Shown here one piece after another: positions 29,201-42,074 of a stretch of 64,000 nt of DNA (positions within the stretch are counted from its first letter, which is position 1; every line of letters begins with the position of its first letter). The stretch covers positions 7,850,812 through 7,914,811 of the forward strand of contig NC_134036.1 in NCBI RefSeq assembly GCF_964204645.1, written 5' to 3'. Both the position numbers and the translations under genes were made by a program. The notes under the pieces are model-generated. The model worked only from the letters and a program-made list of their open reading frames with translations. It had not been told where the DNA came from and did no database searches. This stretch comes from Tubulanus polymorphus. Lineage: Eukaryota; Animalia; Nemertea.

Positions 29201-30214
29201 TAGAATGTTAAAGTTTTATCTAAAACAAGGAATGATCCTAAAAAAAAGTACGTAGATATATTTCATTTAGTCAATCTAAATGGTTAGAAAAATATATAGA
29301 TTTTAACACCAAACAGAGAACTAAAGCTAAAACTGATTTTGAGAAAGATTTATTCAAGTTAATGAATAATGCATTCTATGGAAAAACTTGTGAAAATATT
29401 AGAAATAGAAATGATATTGAGTTAGTTAGTAATGGTAAAAGAATTAGACATTTACAAACATATCCTAAATTTATGGGTAACAGAATATTTGATGAAAATT
29501 TAGCCGCTGTTAAAATGAGAAGAACATCAATGAAATTTAATAAACCAATTTATGTTGGTGCTTCAGTTTTAGAATTATCAAAGCTATTAATGTATGAATT
29601 CTATTATAATGTATTACAACCTCATTTTGGAGAAAAACATATAGAAATCTTATATTTTTATACAGATTCTTACATATTAAAGATAAAAACTAATAACATA
29701 ACTGATGATTTAAAAACATTAAAACATCATTTTGATTTCAGTAATTATCCTAAAGATCATGAATTGTTCAACAATGATAATAAAAAAGTTCCCGGGAAGT
29801 TTAAGGATGAATTAGGTGGTGAAGAAATGATAGAGTTCATTGGTATTAGATCTAAAATGTATTCATATAAAACTAAAGAACTTGAAGCTAAAAAGTTGAA
29901 AGGAATAACCAAAAGTGTAGTAGAAAAGAATATTCATTTCAAGGATTACATCAATTGTATATTCAATGAAGAAGTTAGAAAACACAAGATGAGATGTTTA
30001 AGATCTGAAGATAATGAAATGTTTATTGAAGATAAAAAAGAGTATTCTTTCTATTATAGAAAAGATAAGTCTAAACCCATTTGATGATAAAAGATATATT
30101 TTAGATGATGGAATTAATACAGTTGCATATGGTTGTAATTTAGATGAATACTTAAGATTTAAAAGAGAAGAAACAAAAGAGAAGGAAATAATGAAAAGGA
30201 TTATAACGTGTTAA
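26206..30214 (+). pseudogene. polB: pPolB pseudogene (intein-free allele)
   Basis: Multiple stops and frameshifts; FHNLSGYD, YIDANNLYGWAM, MNNAFYGK; motif C reads YFYTDSY. Confidence 0.92.
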
Positions 30215-30243
30215 TCAAATTTTAATAAAAATATGAATTATAA

Positions 30244-30597
30244 ATGGACAGTAAACAAGCACACAATGAGAACAACAAATTATTTCTAGATAGAATAAAA
30301 GATACTTCAAATGTCAAATCAGTAGATTATAAGTTTAAGAAGTTAAAAGAATTAACAATCCATAAGAAATATCTAATTACATATATTGATACAGTTACTA
30401 ACAAATATGGAGATAAATTATTTGTACACTTAGAATATGAAGGAATAAAAGAAAATACATATAAATACAGCACATATTTACCAGATAGATTTCATAGATT
30501 ATCAAGTGAAGATTTAGAAGAATTATGTTCTGGAGATTTCTATTTCATATACAAAGGTAAGAATGAAAAAGGGCACCATGAAATAGATTTCGAATAA
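30244..30597 (+). CDS. Small Polinton protein (117 aa), possibly OB-fold/SSB-like
   Basis: Intact ORF with TAAATG start; homologs at 2342-2680 and 46658-46903; the fold assignment is a guess. Confidence 0.65.
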   Translation: MDSKQAHNENNKLFLDRIKDTSNVKSVDYKFKKLKELTIHKKYLITYIDTVTNKYGDKLFVHLEYEGIKENTYKYSTYLPDRFHRLSSEDLEELCSGDFYFIYKGKNEKGHHEIDFE

Positions 30598-30615
30598 AAA
30601 AAATATGTAAAATAA

Positions 30616-31050
30616 ATGGTAGAATTAAAAGAATACAGAATATTTGTTGATTCTTGAAGACTTACAAATTATAAATCACATAATTTACTAGTACAATTAG
30701 ATAGAGAATTTAAGAATTGTGTAGATTTAAAATTAGTTAATATAAGTTTATGTAATTCTTTTTATAATATATCGAATAGAACTATTGAACATAGAGCCTT
30801 TTTAATTTTTGATAAAGGTAAAAATGAATGGTTTTATATATATTTAAAACCGGGGTTATATAATCTAGATACATTGGCACAAGAAATTAATAGAAAATCC
30901 TGGCACAAATTAGGTAGTAATTCCGGGTTTAGTATTAGATTTTTAAAAAGTGATAGTTCTGATAGAATAAAGATAAGGTTGTCTAATAGTGAAAAACATA
31001 AATTTATGGTAAAAAACATATAGCTAAACTGTTAGGAATTCTTCCAGATA
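30616..31050 (+). pseudogene. 5' part of minor capsid gene
   Basis: MVELKEYRIFVDS start identical to the 56342 gene; internal stop; truncated. Confidence 0.8.
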
Positions 31051-32001
31051 GATCTTTTAAAAATATTGATGATACTACACCAAACTTAATACGGCAGATT
31101 TTCATACAGAAATATTCACGAATTTCTCGTCCAAGTAAAAGATATATGTAGAAATTTACCACATAGTTACACATAAAAAAATTGTGTCAAAATATCATAT
31201 AGAAATTCTTTCTGTTCCGTAAGGATTGGTAAAAATGCAGCAATAGTGGTTGGAAGTGTGAATATTGCAAATGCGAGTGAAACTGTTACAAGCATCATCG
31301 TCGTACGTTTCGATTTTGTAGTTTTCTTATCAGGCGAAAGCATTTTTGTACCTCTGAATAACTTAATAATTATGATAGAATTTGATATTAGAATCAACGA
31401 TAAAGGCAAAACAAAAGCGTAGAAACCGAGTGGAGTAAGAAATTTAATTCATAGTAACTGGTCGGTAAAATGTATCGATAAAACAGCGGGAAGTTGAACC
31501 AGTACAGTCACTGTAGTAATTATCAATATAGCAAATCTAGCGAATCTAGGTGTACATATCAAACGAGAAGTGAACGGAAAGAGAACAACTGCCGCACGTT
31601 CTAGAGATATAGCTACCAATAACCAGGAACTGTTAGAATTGACAACTGCCATCAATATTTCATACATCTTACAACTGATCAGTGAATTCATGATGAATAT
31701 AAGACTACTAGTGTTTAGATTCAAGAGAACAAACTGTAAAACAGGCATCAGTGTAAAATGTATACAGAACAAGAAATCACAGACTGACAAAATGACAAGA
31801 TAGTTAGCTTCAGATGAATTGCGGAATTTGCGACTTGTCATTATGAAAAATGTAGCTGAATTGCCAAAGACTCCAAACAGAAACACGATAGGCAGAATGA
31901 CCAACGACACAGTACGGTAGATTCCAGACCGGTTCTCCATTAGACATTAGAACGACGTAACTGCTATAGGTTCGACCAATTCGAATCTTAGTTGAATTCA
32001 T
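31050..32001 (-). pseudogene. Intronless rhodopsin-class GPCR pseudogene
   Basis: TM1 GVFGN, TM2 LSVCD, TM3 SSWLLVAISLERAAVVLFPF, TM6 TMMLVTVSLAFAIFTLP, TM7 NFYIY in a shifted frame; several frameshifts. Confidence 0.85.
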
Positions 32002-32569
32002 GATTCACAAGAATTAACTCAGTTCGGTACACGCATTATAGCAATGTAACTGTTAAACTGCATCTGCTGAGTTGAATTCATGATTCGATTAAGTGTCAGA
32101 TGTATGTGGATTGATTGTATCAATAGACTGACGCGTCGTGCAAGCTATTTATTGTTCGCATCAAATGAAAAATAAATACTCAGAAATCTGACTCAATTTA
32201 CTCAGATCCAGTAAAAGATTATTAACCCATTAGCACTCAAGGCGCCCGTATGCGCCCTGCCTATTACTCAAGCCGTCCGAATCCGCCCGGCACTTTTTTC
32301 GTATGCTGCATGAAAACGGTTATAGTGGGATTCAAACCCAATAGTAAACTAGACACCTAAGTCCTCGAAATACCAAACAGAAATCAACATCCTCCTATTT
32401 CAATTTCTCGAGTATTTCGAATTTAAAAATGACACATCTGAGCGCTCACTTCAAATCCAAGTAAATGGATGAATTTCGGGGCCCAAAAATCATACATCAT
32501 ATGAAAGGCTTGATTATTTACTATAAAATAACGCTTACTTGAAATCCATGGAAATCGAGATCTCGAATA

Positions 32570-33425
32570 GAACTCTGCTCCCCCAAGACTGCGATCCCCT
32601 TTTGTAGACAGAAGCGGCTTTCTTAAAATTCCGATTCTCCCACTCAACTTTTGGCAAGGAGCAGCGACCTAACTGTCATGATTGTTTTGGTAAAGTATTT
32701 AGCCCTAATGATCTTAAATCATACCGAATACTTCAGAGAGCTAGTATTTACATTTAACACAAATTAATTTTCCTTAAACTTTAGCGATTATTAACATTTT
32801 GTTCTTAAATAAGATCTAGGTTACTCAAATTAAATATATTTTCAAAACTTTGGATTCATCACAAATTACGATACAAAACTAATTGTTTCTTTTTGAATTA
32901 TTATAAACACTTTTGATTCGGAAATAAATTGTGATTAATTATCAATCCTAAAATCGTTCTATTACGGTTATACTAATTTTTATCTATAATTTATCTTATT
33001 CTATTATAATACAGGAAAAGGCAAAACAACAATGTCTCCCTATACTAACGTTTTTTCCATTCATAAAAAGTAGCCGGGAGAATCGGTTAGTAACAGCGAG
33101 ATCCCTTCATGGGCCACACTACTAATACACTGCTTTGTTCCGACCCAACCAAATATAATTCTGTCCATTCCAAAGTTTTATATAAAAATTTCTGAATGTT
33201 TTTCAGATGTCGCAGCGGAAGAACCGAGAAAAATTTATTTTAAAACCAGGCTGATACATTATGGTCAGCGCTGATAGATTAAAACATCAAACAGCATTAA
33301 ACAACAACTTGCGTTATTCTCACTTCATCGTTTGTTGTCTGACACCCATAAAGAAACACCAACGCATACAAGAAACCAACATTACGAACTTTTCTTAGCT
33401 ACTACGAAATCTTGCTGCGGATCAC
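32570..33425 (+). repeat. Dispersed repeat, copy 3
   Basis: Same blocks as 15820-16810, including TTTTGGCAAGGAGCAGC. Confidence 0.75.
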
Positions 33426-36400
33426 TTTGGTACAAAAGGAGGCTCCAGGGCCCGGTTCGACAGTTGTGAGTTAGAGTTAACTCTGAGTTAACATCAGTTC
33501 ATTTTCAAAGTTTTAACTCTAGGGTTAAATTTAACTCAGAACTATGGAACTGGATCCAGAGTACCAATGATTGATTTTGATGCTGATTAAACATACACTC
33601 ATGTTAATTAAGGAAAGTCCATTTTTAAAATTTCGTTACTTGTAATTTCGTATTTGACATTATGGTGAAAATAGGGACGTGATCAGAAATCTTATGAAGG
33701 ACACCTATATTACTCATTAAGGTCCACCTGTTTTATCATCCAATTTGTTAAACTTTGTTATCATTTGAATACCCCTGCAAGTATTCAAAAAATAAACATT
33801 TGCAGCAAGATTCCGCATGTGTTGCATTAAGAATACCATCTAAAATGGCAGAATATCATTCTGTATACTCTGAGTTGGTTGCTCAGCATTAGAGTAAAAA
33901 CCGTAACAGGAATATTTTCCTCACGGCTGACTCACATCTCTTATATTGATGATTTCGAAAATCTTCACCGACGGATAATTTTTGGTAACAACCCGATCAT
34001 TGGTTTATTTTTCACTCTTAGTTCATTTTTAAATCTAGTTAAAACACATAATTTGACGCCTGAGTTACAACGGAATACGAAAATTCAATTCGAGCTTTTT
34101 CTTAAAGCAAACGAGTCAGTCGGTAAGCTGTGGTTAAGTTTCGATATTTCCCAATTCCCCAGAAGTTTATCCCATAATAAACCAACACTACGAATGATTA
34201 GGAACATACTGTTACTACAATTGTTACTGCAACATTCACTACTGGAACTTGTCTACTGTGGCCATCGGTATGTTCTGTATCATGTCTTATTACCCCGATG
34301 ATATGTAATTAGCTGGATCACCCTCGTGAAGCCTGTATCTTATTTTTTTGCACGTAGCATGCTTGCTATAAATATGTACTGCTTCTAGATATGTGAAATG
34401 GATATTGCCTGAATAATCCCTGTTATGCGGAAATGTGATTTCCCGTCATTCAAGGTAAACTTACTCATGACATATGTTTCCATTATAGGCGCCACTTACT
34501 TTTCGTGTGCTGTATCTTTTTTCTGTTAAAGGCAATCAACATCTTGCCGTAGTTGTAATTTTCGGGGCATCAAGAACCAATAACAATCATTAGCCATATT
34601 ATATCTTAACTTCAATGAGTAGAACCCCCGTGTAAATACACCCTTGAATAAACACGCGCGGTAGTGCGTGTTGATTGCTGCTCACCTTAGAGGTGACTCG
34701 TACCGTGTGCTCACTCTACAGCACCTGTCCACTGCCTCCATCTGGTGGCCACCATGCAAACTACTGATGTACTAATGGAATAAATATATGATCAGCTTAT
34801 TAGCGTGCGATGACGCATCGGACACATTCACAAATGTAGTAAAATTATCGAGCTGTTGATACAAAATGTCAACATTGCGACTGAACTATTATGAATTAGA
34901 ATTTAACCTAGGTATCGATTGAATCGAATTTAAAAACACAATCCAGCATTCGGCGCATTCTAGGCTACCATGTTTCTGGGAAATATCCAAGAACCAATAG
35001 TGCAAAGGTCAAGCAACGATATTAGAGAGAAAGGTGCGAGTGGGAACCCTGCGTTTAGACAGGCCGGAAAGAAAATCTAGACTTTTTAGGCCAGCCGTAG
35101 GCTGAGCCTATTACTATACAAGTGGAGCGAATTTAAATGACATGGTTTCCAGAGCAAAGGCTCTTTGTCTGTGCAACTGAAAATATATTCGTACAAATCA
35201 TTCACTACGACATTATCCATTCTCCAGACTATACGTAGCTGAATTTTGAAAGAGGCCCTCGTTAAGATTTATATGAGATTTTCGCGAATATCTGATCGCA
35301 AAAATATTGGTTTTGAAAAGCCAATCAGAAAGCAGAGACTCCTCTATGATTGGCTTAGCCGCAGCAATCAGCAGGTGTTGACGTGAACCCGACTTCCTGT
35401 TTATTTATAGATCTAAGATAGTATTTCAAGATCGATTTCTGTGAAAGCTTTAGTTGATTTGGTTTGTGGGAGTAATATTTTATTTTATTTAATATTTTAT
35501 TATCACTACAGAAAATATCATTGACCATTGTGCAAAGTCCGGAAAAATAGCTTTTTCTTAAATCGGAGAGATCACCTTGATATGCTAATTAGCCATGTGC
35601 TCAAACTAAAAATTCATTCAAATTTCATTCTGCAAAAAATATCAAATCCAATTCAATTTTGTTTTATTGAGCAAACTTCAGAAAATTCAATTCTATTCCG
35701 CTTTAAAATCAATAAGACCAAGGGAAAAGATTTATCTGAGGTATTTTTTTCCTGACAGGTCCAGTCGCTGTCTTTGCTTCTTTTGTATTCTACGATTGTA
35801 TTGTGTAAATTATTTTATGTGTTTAAACAACACGCACAACTTCATAGTACTTCATAGTTATTTCACACGTTCGATATTTTCAGATCGTAAAATCGAGACT
35901 TTACGACACCTCTGATGAGAAATCAGATCTAGGGACCATCTAAATAAAAAGTCTTCCTCCATTTAAATGGAAATTTTTCACGAGAGGCTAATCATGGAAA
36001 GCACATTTTAACGACATAGATTTTTTTCTTATCTTTATCGTTTTGGGATCTAGCTCTTAAAAATGATGAAGAAACTCCGATTAGATATAACCACAGAAAT
36101 CCATCTAATCGTTTTTAATGTTTCTCTCGGAGGGATCAAGAATGTTGGACTTGGGTCTCCCTGAGACTTAAGTAGCCCATGGCTTCACCCTCCAAACTTT
36201 GTGACAGGTGGGCTGTGATTGGTAAAAAAACAAAGTAACCAAAGTTTTTGACAGTGTTTAGTCCTAGCTGAGATGGCAGTTTGTTAATTACTCACATTTA
36301 TACACACATTACTCCATGCTTTAGCAACGGACTTTTGCGCGTTGCCAATTTCACAAAACTGAAAATTTGAACGATTGAATTAATCTATTAATACCAGTTC

Positions 36401-38337
36401 ATTTGACGTCTTAACCAGTTGGATAGCAGGCACAGAGTGCAAATAATTTGTTATAAGTATACACAGAATAGAATTGAATATTATATAACTTGATTTATCA
36501 TACTACATCAAATCGTAATTGAGATTGCCCTAAAAGTGACTTTTCTCTAACATACTTAATATAAAAGCCTATTGCTACAAAAAAAAAATAATCATAAGCC
36601 GTCATTTTAGATTGAATACCTAATCTATAAAAATTTGACTCCCAGTACCTAATTTACTTCAAGGTTTGATTTCTCAGCTAAGCCAAGGTACACATTTTTG
36701 CCAAAACATATATAAGATTTAACTATGAAAAACGGAGGTAACTCACCTGATAATTTGGACGATTGAATTAAATCTATTTAAATACCAGTTTATTTGACGT
36801 CTTAATCAGTTGGATAGCAGGCACAGAGTGATTAAATCTCTGCTGCCAAAAACCAAGTTGATTAAGACACTCTCATCAAGTAATTAGTGACCAAAACTTC
36901 TAGCGATTGGAACATCCAAATCTTAATGACATATTAAGACACTAATTACTTGATGAGAGCTAAACGAGTTGCGAGGGCAGGTGAGTTGAGAGTTGTTATT
37001 ATTGCTATTACATCACTTATTTAAAAATAGTGCCAGTTCGCTGAGCGTACATAATACTCAGTAAACAAGACAGCCTACTTGAGCTGCCAAAACTGTATCC
37101 GGATAAAAGTGACAAAGACTAAGGGTTAGATCCATTAATGGACATAGGAAAAATCTACAGATATGTTTTCTTAGCCACAAATGACCCGGCAGAACATTGA
37201 TAACAATGTTGAAACATAAAAACACAATGCGCTGTCCCAGATAAAAATACTCCTTGCTAAACTGCTATTGTTCTAATAGTGCTGAATGAGCAGTTTTATG
37301 AAAACCGAGTAGTAGGTACTGGAACAGTTTGTGAATGTGCAAACAAACAAACTTTTGAAATGTAAAATTCTCCTATTTGAGTTATTTAAATCGATGCCCA
37401 ATATGTTGTGATAATCATAATGCATCATATAGATAAGAAAGACATAATACAAAATATGAGCGTTAAAAGATCATCAGCTAGTGATAACAAACGCGAACCA
37501 TAGGTTTGAAAATACAAAATTATGTGAACGTTAACTGAACTGACTGTCAGTATCGGTCGCCACAGACAGTTTACCTTTTAGTCTCATTGTGTATATAGAG
37601 CAGTAAAAATAACAGAGTGTAGTGGTAGTGTTGTGCCAGCGAATTATTTAAAAGTAAATTGTATACGTTATATTTCATAGTTGCTTATTAGTCGGCGTCT
37701 GTTTCGTTAATCATTTTCTAATATATTTTGCAGTTAGCACATACTACCCTAATTATAAATACGATGTTTTCAAGGCAGTCTCGAGCGGAGTTAATGCGTC
37801 GATCGCTCGAAATTGCTTCGTGAAGTTACCACCTCAGCCAAAAGTGGCGTGCGTATTATCGGTCCGACTGATTCGACCGCGCGCAGCCGTCTGGCGCATA
37901 TCAGTCCCCATATCAACGGATACTGTTTGGCGTTAAATTCTGAAAAAAACTTCTCCCGAGTCGCTCCGAATTTTCGAGGCCGTACCACAAGTTGATCGAT
38001 TTTTTTCCTTAAAAAAATTATTGTTCAGTGCTCACCGATGTATTTTTATAGAACCGTTGCGGATATACAGCATGAATTCAGGTAAGCCGACACAAGACTA
38101 TTAAACTATTCAAAACATGATAATTGAAATGTGGTGTGAATTCAAGCTTGCAGTGGGCCAAAAAAGCGAATTGAAATTCTGCTAGCTAAAACTGATGCTG
38201 ATCGGTGTCTAATCATGCGTGATAGGTCGATGTTTCAGGTGGTATTTCGTTGCCAACTTGCAGAATGGTGACGTATATAAATGTCAAAATCGTAGATGAA
38301 AGAGACATTAAACAACAACGACTTACCTTAAAATACC

Positions 38338-38447
38338 GGATGAATGAATGGATGAATTGGATGAATTGGATGAATGGATAAATGGATGAATGGATGAGTC
38401 ATCCAATTCTTCCAATTCATCCAATTCATCCACTCATCTATTCATAC
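38338..38447. repeat. Palindromic (GGATGAAT)n / (ATTCATCC)n microsatellite
   Basis: A run of GGATGAAT(T) units is followed directly by complementary CATCCAATT units. Confidence 0.8.
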
Positions 38448-38546
38448 ACAATTCAAAATTCGATAATATCTCAAATTTTAAGTATTAAGGTATCTAATAC
38501 GTATCTAATACGTATCTAATACAGAAATGCTTAAAGGTTATACCCC

Positions 38547-39158
38547 TTATTTTATAAATTTATCTCCATAGGGAAATTGTAGTCTCAGTAATAATTTTGA
38601 ACCTTTATTACTTTTTAATTCATTCATATATTCATCATGTAATTCAGTAGGTATAATTTGATTTTCTTCCAATGATTGTTGCATTGATTTTCTATCTTTG
38701 TTATAAAATAAAACTAAGAATATAATATTCTCTCTAAAATCTTTAACAATTGAATTATATTTTTGATTTAAAAACCAAGTTGTTATCCCAAAATGTCTCC
38801 CAGAGAAAGCTAAATAACATAACTCACTTTCTCTAACTTTTGAATCATGTAAATTTGCACAATCATCTAAAATGAATAATGTATTTGTTCCTTTGTAAAT
38901 ATCAATTGCTATTTTAATACAATTATCTAAATTTTCATTTACTATTTTAGAATCTAATATAATAAACGTTTTTATCTTAACTACATCCTTATTATATGTT
39001 TTATTCATTTAATAAGTAGGGCAAAATAATATTATATTATCAAAATGATTTTTATAAATAGTTTCTAATAAATCTAATACAAAATGTGTTTTACCACAAT
39101 TTGTTACTCCAGTAACTAACATATTATGTGGTTCAAATATAAATAAATCTTTATTCAT
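38547..39158 (-). pseudogene. Packaging ATPase pseudogene
   Basis: GVTNCGKT region upstream of a frameshift; LFILDDCANLHDSK...GRHFG nearly identical to the element A ATPase. Confidence 0.88.
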
Positions 39159-40222
39159 TTATTTTTTTAACTTTACTAGATAAAATCCATTCATTAAATT
39201 TATCATCATACCCTTTATATTTAAACAAAGAATACTTTTTTCCGTTAATAGTTTTTGTTTTCAATACCTTCTCTATTTTATATTCTATATCATCTTGATT
39301 TGGTACCAGTGATAATTCTTGTTCATAAAAATAACCTAATATTTCTTCATCTTTTAGATCTTCTAATTTTTAAACAAAAGGTTTAGTTAATATTATCATT
39401 TTAATCTTAAATATTTCTTCAGTAAAATTTGGAGTATAACCTTTATAAAATGTTTTTCGATATTTAGATATTCTAACAATTTTTTCCTATTTTAAATTTA
39501 GGTTCTCCAAAATCATGTGTAACAAACGCACCATATAAATTATTCCAAACTATTCATGAATTATCTTCTTTTCTAGCTTGTATAGGTTTCACACCAATAC
39601 TTGAATGTTTAGAATTATATTAACCTTTCAATAAATCATCTAACACATCGATATATTTATATGTTTCTTTTGCAGTGAAATATTTCCACATTCTAGTAGA
39701 ATCTTTCTATAATAGATGCTTTTTTATCTGAGTATGTAGAAAAATATTCTACATCGTTATTAAATAATATTTTTTTAAAATGTTTATTATAAATTTCTTT
39801 ACCTTTATCAAATCGTATCTAATCTGGAATAGGTTCTTTATATATTGATTTAAAAGTATTAGTAACTTCTATACCAGTTTTTTTTTAATTAGAATTGACC
39901 ATGCGTATCTACTGAATATGTCTATACCATTTAATATCCAGGAATATCCTTTGTTGTATTCTTCTAAGTTCTTCATATCAATTAAATCAGCTTGCCATTG
40001 TTGATCATTATATGAAACGATAACTTTTCTTGTTAAATAATTTTTATCCATTTTCTTATGTATTTGATATGTTGGTTGATTTTGTAACCATAATCTCAGT
40101 TCACTATATTTCATATTTTCTTTATCAGATTTAATTTCATCCCTTAATTCTGTAACGCTAGAATATGATACGTCACTCTCTGGGTTATAATATAAATCTC
40201 TTTAATATTGTTCTTTTTTCAT
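39159..40222 (-). pseudogene. RVE-chromodomain integrase pseudogene
   Basis: QQWQADLIDMKN...IDIFSRYAWS fragment (39869-40114) and nucleotide similarity to 48917-50044. Confidence 0.88.
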
Positions 40223-40581
40223 CTTATTTTAATCCATTAATAATAATCTTGGTTTATTTTCAATTACTTAATGATTTTACTAATTTTCAGGTATAATATG
40301 TTTATCATCGGAATCATTATTGTTATCATCAGATTTATACATATATTTATATATTACGCCGGAATACAATAACTGCGATTAACCCAATTGTAATATATAA
40401 GTAATTATTTCTTCCAGTATTAGAAGAATTAAATGATTATTATTCGAATCAATATCAGATAATTTCTGTGATTCATTTAAATCAGTTAATTTCTTTTTCT
40501 TAGCTTTTTTAATTCTGAAGATCTTTAACCTAATTCCCTAGCCCATTTAATTTGTTTTCAGGCTTCTTCTTAACATCATCA

Positions 40582-41203
40582 CTAATTTGGTTTAGTTAAT
40601 TTTTGTTCTGTTTCGATATTATCATCTGATTTATTTTTATCTTTACATACTATAGGTTTGATATAAGAAAATGTTATCACGCCAGTAGAAATTAATGTCA
40701 TTATTCCACCTAATTGAAATGAAGCGTACCCAACCCATTTTTGCAGTTCTGTCATAACTAAGTAGTCATTTTTTAAAATCTTTATGTAATTTATTTTCAT
40801 CATCAATTGGTATTACCCGGTTACATTATTTAGAATAACATTTAACTATTCCATCACTAATAGAGTCATTTATTCTAGCTAATCTAGCTTCTTCATATAT
40901 TTTGAAATGTTTGATTACTTTATCTGGTTTCATGGCATCTAATTTTTGATAAGTTATAATTTTTCCCAAGAAATCCTTAGATTTTCCACCAGCAATTAAT
41001 AACTCAAGATGGTGCTTACAATATAAGTAGTATTCAAAATCAATATTATTATTATTTTGAGCACAATTAGAAACAACTGTATCTTTATTATCTGTAATAC
41101 CTAAATCCTCAATTGTCTTTTCAATATTAATATTATTCTTATTAGATTTCTTTGAAATTTTTTTAGCAAAAAAAGCGGAAAAAATATTATACTTATTCTT
41201 CAA
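40582..41203 (-). pseudogene. Homolog of element A gene 47405-48011
   Basis: Shared YYLYCKH.LE.LIA.GK, KIYE.AR.A.IND.IS, LKNDYLVMTEL.KW.GY. Confidence 0.8.
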
Positions 41204-41354
41204 ATGATACTAGCCATTTGAAGTTAAAGAATTTTAAATACTAGCTAGTTGAAGATTTGAGATATATTAATATTTAACCACTCAATAAAGATTCAACATA
41301 TTCTTCATTATCTGGATCACTATTCCATAATTCAATGAATTTCTTTGCTTTATC

Positions 41355-42047
41355 TTATTGATCCAAATATAATTTCATATCAAGTTTGTTAGACTTAATT
41401 TTTTTTTTCTTTTCAATGGGTCTTAGATTATTCCAATTCCAAATTAGTTTTTTTATTGTATTCATCACTCATGTTAAAATTAAGATATTGGTAACACGTG
41501 ATCAATATGAAAATAATTCCCATAATTATCTTTATTCATTTCATCATCGAACTGATATATAATCCATGATTTGAGAAATTCATCTGAACAATCCAAGGAA
41601 TTTTGTTAGCGTTTCTAAATGCGTTTCTTTACTGAATAATTTTGATGATCTATTTCTCAAACATTGTTTCATTTTAAAATTAAGATCTGTTTGACGCCTT
41701 TCTTTTTGATCATTATTACTGTAATCATAATAATGTTCACGATTATCTTTTTTCCAATCTCTAATATATTCTGGATTATTTTTTCTCCATTGTTTTTTCG
41801 TTTCATTACATTTTTCTAGATTATTTAGAAAATATTGTTTACTTTTTTCTTTACATTTTTCAATATTATCTATATAATATTGTTTATAATATAGTTTATT
41901 CTTCTGTTTCCAACATGTTTTACAATTATTTCTTAAACCATCTTTCTTAGTTTTTTGTGTGTAATATTCTGTAAATGGCACATTCAATTCACATTTTGAA
42001 CATTTCTTATGGTGAATATTGATAGTTTGTGACTGTTTACTCTCCAT
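41355..42047 (-). pseudogene. Zn-ribbon/HNH-like endonuclease of the type common in large DNA viruses
   Basis: KKCSKC...DGLRNNCKTC, basic helical repeats, RRQTDLNFKMKQCLRNR, and after a frameshift WIIYQFDDEMNKDNYGNYFHIDHVLP...NWNNLRPI. Confidence 0.72.
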
Positions 42048-42074
42048 TTATAATATATATATTTTTTTTTATTG

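Larger units (their letters stand above)
25767..31050 (+). mobile_element. Truncated, decayed Polinton copy C (terminal hairpin, pPolB, small gene, partial minor capsid)
   Basis: Series of pPolB fragments 26206-30214; homology to A ends at ~31050, where GPCR sequence begins. Confidence 0.9.

Noticed and set aside
36870-36959. 20-bp inverted repeat containing AGTAATTAG
   Set aside because: Only 9 bp shared with the TIR in AT-rich DNA; likely an unrelated small fold-back
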